Source: Crocosphaera subtropica ATCC 51142 (GTDB lineage Bacteria > Cyanobacteriota > Cyanobacteriia > Cyanobacteriales > Microcystaceae). Taken from it: a DNA stretch of 32,000 nucleotides. The notes under the pieces were generated by a model, which worked only from the letters and a program-made list of their open reading frames with translations, ran no database searches and was not told the origin of the DNA. Numbering within the stretch: position 1 is the stretch's first letter; each line of letters opens with the position of its first letter. The position numbers were made by a program, and so were the translations under genes. Shown piece after piece: positions 27,720-32,000 of this stretch. The stretch spans positions 660,001 through 692,000 of the forward strand of contig NC_010546.1 of the NCBI RefSeq assembly GCF_000017845.1, given 5' to 3'.

Positions 27720-28189
27720 TTATTCAAATTTAGTATCTATTAACTGTTGTAACCATTCTCGGTCTTTTGAAGATAATGCTGGTGGGGATAGCGGTTGTTG
27801 ATAATCTATCCGTAAATAATAACTACCTCGTTCATAAATTCCCTCAACAATCTGCTGTAATTCTAACATAGGTTCAGGTTCTTCTGCTTGTAAGGGAATA
27901 AGAATATCAGGAATTCTATCCTGTAGAGAAAATTCATATAAATCTGCTAATGGACGCTGATGAGAACAACTGACTAATGTTTGTTCAACAATTTCCATGG
28001 GTTTGCCACTTCTGAGTAAATCAATTTCAACGTAATATTTAGGTAAGAGTAAAGGCGATAGGGTATCAGCGATCTCGAAGAGATCCGCCTTTGGCGGTGC
28101 GCCACAATTAAACGACTATGAAATGCTGACCAAAATGTTGATGCCTCTAAATAGGGATTCATTCCTGGAAAGGGTGATAATTTATTCAT
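27720..28189 (-). pseudogene. DUF4058 family gene remnant (frameshifted by a 26-nt insertion, and apparently internally deleted)
   Basis: Track ORF 27974-28189 begins MNKLSPFPGMNPYLEASTFWSAFHSRLIVA, a DUF4058 N-terminus, and then goes out of frame. The frame of ORF 27720-27998 reads IADTLSPLLLPKYYVEIDLLRSGKPM ... IPLQAEEPEPMLELQQIVEGIYERGSYYLRIDYQQP, the DUF4058 C-terminus. The total is about 145 codons versus roughly 250 expected (length from memory). Confidence 0.6.
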
Positions 28190-28719
28190 GATCTAAGTTA
28201 TTAATTAAGACTGATGGGAAACAGGGAAAAACCTTGGATCTTTGCACTAACTTGATCTTAATGATATCAACTAAGTCAGTTTGATGAGTTTTATTAACTG
28301 CCATTCAATATTGTGCTTAATTATTACCCATAAATTAGGTCAAAAGAAATCTAACAAAGCTTAACACAGTAGTGGATTCTTTTAACTAAAGTGGTGGGTT
28401 ACGACGGATAATTGTGGTCTTGTTATAATCTGAATTATAGCCGTCTAACTCATCCTACTCTTCTTCTAAATTAATCCCTAATTCTTCAGAAAATTTAGAG
28501 AAGCGTTTGATCAGATTTTCAAATAAATATATTAGGGGATAAATTAAAATATTTTCCTAAATGGTTAATGCTTTTTGATATTCCTCTTCTGATTCAATTA
28601 CTTTTGGTGCAATTTCAAACAAAAGATTCCGATAAGCATCTTCGTTAAAAGTAGTGAGTATTAAATTAAAAACAAAAAAACTGATACCTGATGACTTTTC
28701 AGATGATAACTGAATCACC

Positions 28720-29376
28720 TCATTTAACCCGAATTAAATACCCACAATTATGTTCCCCTTCATTAATCCAATGAGTTCGTTCTATCATACAATCGGGTAA
28801 AATCTCGGCAAACATTTCTAGTTCATGACCGCATACGGTTGGGTAAGACTCCGCCACCTCAGAAATAGCACAATGGTGTTCAGCCAGGAGATAACCCTCT
28901 TCTTGACCGTTTAGTCCATTTTTCTCATTTGCCCTATGTAGTTCAGCCATATAACCCTCTTCCTGGCGCAGTTTAACTAACCGTTCTACCCTCTCCTTCA
29001 ACGAACCTTTACCGATACGCTGTCGATAATCATCTGCTTTCCGTTGCCATTGCTTGCGTAATACCTCTTTGACCTGGCTTTCTCCCATTGTCTCAGTTAA
29101 GGTATCCAAAAAAGACACGGCAAACTCCCCATATTGATTCGGAAAGCGATCGCGGCCCTGTTTACTGAGAGAATAGATATATTGGGGTCGTCCTAACCCT
29201 CCTTGCAGGGGATGATGTTCGAGTAACCCTTCTGCTTCGAGGTCTTTCAAATGACGACGGGTTGCTTGGGGGGTAATATCGAGAGATTCAGCGAGTTTTT
29301 GAGCAGTAGCTTGACCTTGTTTAAGTAAATACTGCAAAATGTCTTCTTTGGTGGAAGGAGGCTGTATAGTAGTCAT
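28720..29376 (-). CDS. sufR: Fe-S cluster biogenesis transcriptional repressor SufR
   Basis: N-terminal winged HTH (KEDILQYLLKQGQATAQKLAESLDITPQATRRHLKDLEAEGLL), C-terminal Cys motif (HHCAISEVAESYPTVCGHE ... C), and divergent from sufB, as is standard in cyanobacteria. Confidence 0.85.
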   Translation of the reverse strand: MTTIQPPSTKEDILQYLLKQGQATAQKLAESLDITPQATRRHLKDLEAEGLLEHHPLQGGLGRPQYIYSLSKQGRDRFPNQYGEFAVSFLDTLTETMGESQVKEVLRKQWQRKADDYRQRIGKGSLKERVERLVKLRQEEGYMAELHRANEKNGLNGQEEGYLLAEHHCAISEVAESYPTVCGHELEMFAEILPDCMIERTHWINEGEHNCGYLIRVK

Positions 29377-29465
29377 TTTTAAAACTTATAAGTCAGATAT
29401 ATAAGAAATGTAACGATCGCAGTTTAGAAAAGGTTACACAAAAATTTTAGGGGAATGTGACTTTG

Positions 29466-29481
29466 ACAACAATTGAGTTGT
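29466..29481. promoter_or_regulatory. Candidate SufR operator: perfect palindrome ACAAC-N6-GTTGT
   Basis: Read directly in the sufR-sufB intergenic region. It matches the CAAC-N6-GTTG SufR site reported for cyanobacterial suf promoters (recalled from the literature) and overlaps a TTGACA hexamer (29463-29468). Confidence 0.6.
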
Positions 29482-29506
29482 TAATCTATTGTAAGCTATA
29501 ATAAAG

Positions 29507-29520
29507 AAACATAAATGTTG
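29507..29520. promoter_or_regulatory. Second, imperfect SufR-like site AAAC-N6-GTTG
   Basis: Read directly, 26 nt downstream of the first site. One mismatch to CAAC-N6-GTTG. Confidence 0.35.
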
Positions 29521-29658
29521 TTTTATTAATCTCTACCCTAGAGACATGGGCTTTGTGGGGTTAATGACTTATCCCCTGCTAACCACCATCTTTGACATGA
29601 TTAAGACTCTCCAATCTTGGGGAGAGACATTGAACTGAAACGGAGAACACAAAATCTA

Positions 29659-31101
29659 ATGAGTGCAACCACCGTCAAAAACCTAGTCAACCAACCCTAT
29701 AAATATGGCTTTGTTACTGACATTGAAGCTGATACCATTCCTCGTGGTTTAAATGAAGATGTTATTCGTCTGATTTCGGCTAAAAAAAATGAACCCGACT
29801 TTATGCTGGAGTTTCGTCTCAAAGCTTATCAGCAATGGTTAAAAATGACCGAACCCACTTGGCCCCATGTCAATTATCCAAAAATTGATTACCAGAATAT
29901 TATCTATTATTCTGCGCCCAAACAGAAGAAGGAAAAACTGAAAAATCTAGACGAAGTTGACCCTGCTTTATTAGAAACCTTTGAAAAACTAGGGATTCCT
30001 TTATCTGAACAAAAACGGCTGAGTAATGTAGCTGTAGATGCTATTTTTGATAGCGTATCTGTGGGAACAACTTATAAAGAAAAATTAGCAGAAGATGGCG
30101 TTATTTTCTGTTCTATTTCTGAAGCTTTAGAAGAACATCCTGAATTAGTTAAAAAATATCTCGGTAGTGTTGTGCCTGTGGGGGATAATTTCTTTGCTGC
30201 ATTGAATGCTGCGGTATTTAGTGATGGTTCTTTTGTGTTTATTCCTAAAGGGGTAAAATGCCCGATGGAACTGTCTACTTATTTTCGTATTAATAATGGA
30301 GACACGGGACAATTTGAACGCACTTTAATTGTGGCAGAAGAAGGTGCATCTGTCAGCTATTTAGAAGGTTGTACCGCACCCATGTATGATAGTAATCAAC
30401 TTCATGCCGCTGTAGTAGAATTAGTCGCTTTAGATAATGCAGATATTAAATACTCTACGGTGCAAAATTGGTACGCCGGTGACGAAAATGGTAAGGGCGG
30501 AATTTATAATTTTGTAACCAAAAGAGGACTCTGTAAAGGAGTTAATTCTAAGATTTCTTGGACTCAAGTAGAAACCGGTTCTGCTATTACCTGGAAGTAT
30601 CCCAGTTGTGTGTTAGTTGGCGATAATTCTGTTGGGGAATTTTACTCTATTGCTTTAACTAATAATAAGCAGCAAGCTGACACGGGAACCAAGATGATTC
30701 ATATTGGTAAAAATACTCGTAGTACCATTATTTCTAAAGGGATTTCTGCTGGAAACTCCAAAAATAGCTATCGTGGTTTAGTGCAAATGGGACCCAAAGC
30801 AAAAGGGGCAAGAAATTACTCTCAATGCGATTCAATGTTAATTGGAGATAACGCAGAAGCTAATACCTTCCCTTATATTCAAGTTGATAATAATACGGCT
30901 AAAGTTGAACATGAAGCCTCGACTTCTAAGATAGGAGAAGATCAACTATTTTATTTTGCTCAAAGGGGTATTTCTGAAGAGGATGCTATCTCTATGTTAG
31001 TCAGTGGTTTTTGTCAAGATGTTTTGAGTGAATTACCGATGGAATTTGCTTCAGAAGCTGATAAATTATTGAGTTTGAAGTTAGAAGGAACCGTCGGATA
31101 G
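29659..31101 (+). CDS. sufB: Fe-S cluster assembly protein SufB
   Basis: [23 protein letters not shown] ... canonical SufB throughout. Start set at the ATG 29659; the track's TTG at 29617 adds 14 residues. Confidence 0.95.
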   Translation: MSATTVKNLVNQPYKYGFVTDIEADTIPRGLNEDVIRLISAKKNEPDFMLEFRLKAYQQWLKMTEPTWPHVNYPKIDYQNIIYYSAPKQKKEKLKNLDEVDPALLETFEKLGIPLSEQKRLSNVAVDAIFDSVSVGTTYKEKLAEDGVIFCSISEALEEHPELVKKYLGSVVPVGDNFFAALNAAVFSDGSFVFIPKGVKCPMELSTYFRINNGDTGQFERTLIVAEEGASVSYLEGCTAPMYDSNQLHAAVVELVALDNADIKYSTVQNWYAGDENGKGGIYNFVTKRGLCKGVNSKISWTQVETGSAITWKYPSCVLVGDNSVGEFYSIALTNNKQQADTGTKMIHIGKNTRSTIISKGISAGNSKNSYRGLVQMGPKAKGARNYSQCDSMLIGDNAEANTFPYIQVDNNTAKVEHEASTSKIGEDQLFYFAQRGISEEDAISMLVSGFCQDVLSELPMEFASEADKLLSLKLEGTVG

Positions 31102-31187
31102 ATAGTTATCAATTATCAGTTATAAGTCATCAGTTTTCCAGGATTGATGGCTTCTATTTGTCAACAATTCAACAATTAATCAAAATA

Positions 31188-31958
31188 ATGAGTAACGTTA
31201 TCCTATCTGTTAAAAATTTGACTGCAAATGTAGAAGGTACTCCTATTTTAAAAGGGGTTAACCTTGAAATTAAAGCAGGGGAAGTTCATGCTATTATGGG
31301 CAGAAATGGTTCAGGAAAAAGCACTTTATCCAAGGTTTTAGCCGGACACCCTGACTACGAAGTGACAGGAGGTGAAGTGGTTTATAAAGGGGAGAATATT
31401 CTAGATAAAAGCCCCGATGAAAGAGCATTAGAAGGGATATTTTTAGCTTTTCAATATCCTTTAGAAATTCCTGGGGTTAGTAACTTAGACTTCTTGAGAG
31501 TTGCGTACAATACTCGTCGTAAACATCTAGGTTTAGAGGAAATTGACACTTTTGATTTTGAAGATTTAGTCGAGGAAAAATTAGAGGTTGTCAAGATGAA
31601 TGCTGCTTTTCTCGACAGAAGTTTAAATGAGGGGTTTTCTGGGGGTGAAAAGAAACGCAATGAAATCCTACAAATGGCTTTATTAGAACCCACATTAGGC
31701 ATTTTAGACGAGATTGATTCAGGATTAGATATTGATGCTTTAAAAATTGTCGCTAATGGCGTTAACCAGTTATCAACTCCTGATAATGCTTTCTTACTAA
31801 TTACTCATTATCAACGGTTATTAAACTATATTGAACCTCATCATGTTCATGTCATGTATGATGGTCAACTTGTTACCAGTGGTGGTAAAGAATTGGCCCT
31901 CGAATTAGAAGAATCAGGCTATGATTTCATCGAAGAAAAATTACTTGCACAAGCGTAA
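31188..31958 (+). CDS. sufC: Fe-S cluster assembly ATPase SufC
   Basis: [11 protein letters not shown] ... Walker [13 protein letters not shown] signature FSGGEKKR, Walker [13 protein letters not shown]. Start set at the ATG 31188; the track's TTG at 31158 adds 10 residues. Confidence 0.95.
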   Translation: MSNVILSVKNLTANVEGTPILKGVNLEIKAGEVHAIMGRNGSGKSTLSKVLAGHPDYEVTGGEVVYKGENILDKSPDERALEGIFLAFQYPLEIPGVSNLDFLRVAYNTRRKHLGLEEIDTFDFEDLVEEKLEVVKMNAAFLDRSLNEGFSGGEKKRNEILQMALLEPTLGILDEIDSGLDIDALKIVANGVNQLSTPDNAFLLITHYQRLLNYIEPHHVHVMYDGQLVTSGGKELALELEESGYDFIEEKLLAQA

Positions 31959-32000
31959 ATTATAAGCAATATTTAGGGGTGATTTATATTTTGCCCCTAG

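Noticed and set aside
28383-28458. Imperfect inverted repeat GTGGTGGGTTACGACGG ... CCGTCTAACTCATCCTAC, considered as a possible MITE
   Set aside because: There are too many mismatches, and no second copy is visible in the window.
29463-29502. TTGACA (29463-29468) and TATAAT (29497-29502) in the sufR-sufB intergenic region, considered as a sigma-70 promoter pair
   Set aside because: The spacer is 28 nt, far from the 17 nt optimum, so the two hexamers cannot belong to one promoter. Each may still belong to a different promoter.
31451-31702. Track ORF (83 aa, - strand)
   Set aside because: Antisense inside sufC.
1-32000. Scan for CRISPR arrays, transposases/IS ends, integrases, reverse transcriptases/retrons and rRNA
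   Set aside because: I saw no regularly spaced direct repeats. No ORF has transposase, integrase or RT motifs, and there is no rRNA-like sequence. The only tandem repeat is the 2 x 14-bp duplication at 25841-25868.

Overview
This is a cyanobacterial chromosomal segment. I counted 13 exact copies of the HIP1 palindrome GCGATCGC, and the window carries an overlapping psbD-psbC operon and a divergent sufR / sufB-sufC locus. Most of it is ordinary core genome: PSII D2 and CP43, sdhA, pgi, pfkA, a YqeY-domain protein, a CHAD protein, a HEAT-repeat protein, a hybrid histidine kinase with a REC-GAF partner, a NarL-type regulator, a thioredoxin-like ferredoxin, an AI-2E transporter, a fatty-acid-hydroxylase-family protein and tRNA-Thr(UGU). 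I saw no rRNA, CRISPR array, transposase or integrase. Non-core content sits in small patches that look AT-rich by eye (not computed). (1) A 754+-codon HTH-NACHT (STAND) NTPase on the minus strand runs off the left edge and is missing from the supplied ORF track. (2) A roughly 1.7 kb islet abuts the 3' end of tRNA-Thr and holds a stop-interrupted, truncated restriction-modification methylase relic plus an intact-looking RelE/ParE-type toxin-antitoxin pair. (3) A gene-decay belt lies upstream of sufR, with a DUF4058 pseudogene whose HIP1 site is split by a 26-nt insertion and a HigA-like relic. (4) A Uma2 relic, several unlisted small membrane ORFs and a GGTGGGCAATG palindromic element family are also present. 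I do not see a complete, clearly novel multi-gene system inside this window. The best candidates for follow-up are the edge-truncated NACHT gene and the tRNA-Thr islet. Several ORF-track N-termini use TTG and look over-extended, so I re-called those starts. All functional calls come from motif recognition by eye, with no database search.
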